Part shown: positions 63,020 to 64,000 of the stretch, piece by piece
Layout: every line of letters begins with the position of its first letter
Numbering within the stretch: position 1 is the first letter of the stretch
The notes under the pieces: generated by a model
The model's input: the letters and a program-made list of their open reading frames with translations, nothing else
Told to the model about the DNA's origin: nothing
Databases searched by the model: none
Assembly (NCBI GenBank): GCA_002269645.1
Contig: NIVC01001350.1
Coordinates: 166,177-230,176, forward strand
Direction: 5' to 3'
Length of the DNA stretch: 64,000 nt
From: Macrostomum lignano
Lineage: Eukaryota
Program-made: the position numbers and the translations under genes

Positions 63020-64000
63020 GAGTCCCTTGACCCCAATCCCATTGTGAGTCCCATGACCCCAATCCCGTTGTGAGTCCCATGACCCCAGTCCCGTTGTGAG
63101 TCCCATGACCCCAATCCCGTTGTGAGTCCCATGACCCCAGTCCCGTTGTGAGTCCCATGACCCCAATCCCGTTGTGAGTCCCATGACCCCAATCCCGTTG
63201 TGAGTCCCATGACCCCAATCCCGTTGTGAGTCCCATGACCCCAGTCCCGTTGTGAGTCCCATGACCCCAATCCCGTTGTGAGTCCCATGACCCCAATCCC
63301 GTTGTGAGTCCCATGACCCCAGTCCCGTTGTGAGTCCCATGACCCCAGTCCCAGTCCATGACCCCAATCCCATTGTGAGTCCCATGACCCCAATCCCGTT
63401 GTGAGTCCCATGACCCCAATCCCGTTGTGAGTCCCATGACCACAATCCCGTTGTGAGTCCCATGACCCCAGTCCCGTTGTGAGTCCCATGACCCCAGTCC
63501 CGTTGTGAGTCCCATGACCCCAATCCCATTGTGAGTCCCATGACCCCAATCCCGTTGTGAGTCCCATGACCCCAATCCCGTTGTGAGTCCCATGACCCCA
63601 ATCCCGTTGTGAGTCCCATGACCCCAGTCCCGTTGTGAGTCCATGACCCCAATCCCGTTGTGAGTCCCATGACCCAATCCCGTTGTGAGTCCCATGACCC
63701 CAGTCCCGTTGTGAGTCCCATGACCCCAATCCCGTTGTGAGTCCCATGACCCCAATCCCGTTGTGAGTCCCATGACCCCAATCCCGTTGTGAGTCCCATG
63801 ACCAATCCCGTTGTGAGTCCCATGACCCCAATCCCGTTGTGAGTCCCATGACCCCAATCCCGTTGTGAGTCCCATGACCCCAATCCCGTTGTGAGTCCCA
63901 TGACCCCAATCCCGTTGTGAGTCCCATGACCCCAATCCCGTTGTGAGTCCCATGACCCCAGTCCCGTTGTGAGTCCCATGACCCCAATCCCGTTGTGAGT
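63020..64000. repeat. 26-bp minisatellite (CCCCAATCCCGTTGTGAGTCCCATGA); runs off the window end
   Basis: Directly visible. Confidence 0.98.

Overview
Eukaryotic (metazoan) genomic DNA: GC/CpG-rich spliced exons separated by AT-rich spacers, many different minisatellites and a transposon-dense block. The style resembles a free-living flatworm such as Macrostomum lignano (inference from sequence style, not a database match). Host genes reconstructed by hand from splice signals: a Ly6/uPAR three-finger GPI protein (-, signal-peptide exon not found), SPATA6 (-), a secreted class-3 lipase (+, 3 exons), stomatin (-, 8 exons), UPF3 (-, no start codon found), an intronless turtle/IgSF9-like 5Ig-2FN3 receptor (+), and a 2-TM orphan gene (+) split in its coding exon by a full-length RTE-like LINE with a 14-bp TSD. 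30.1-44.9 kb holds a ~3.8-kb LTR-like unit with a PBS and an internal spliced ORF, a decayed Gypsy element whose LTR copies differ mainly at ancestral CpGs, a triple nest of DNA transposons and two MITEs of one family. Most long ORFs in the supplied track are tandem-repeat or antisense artefacts. No CRISPR, rRNA or intact tRNA gene was seen.
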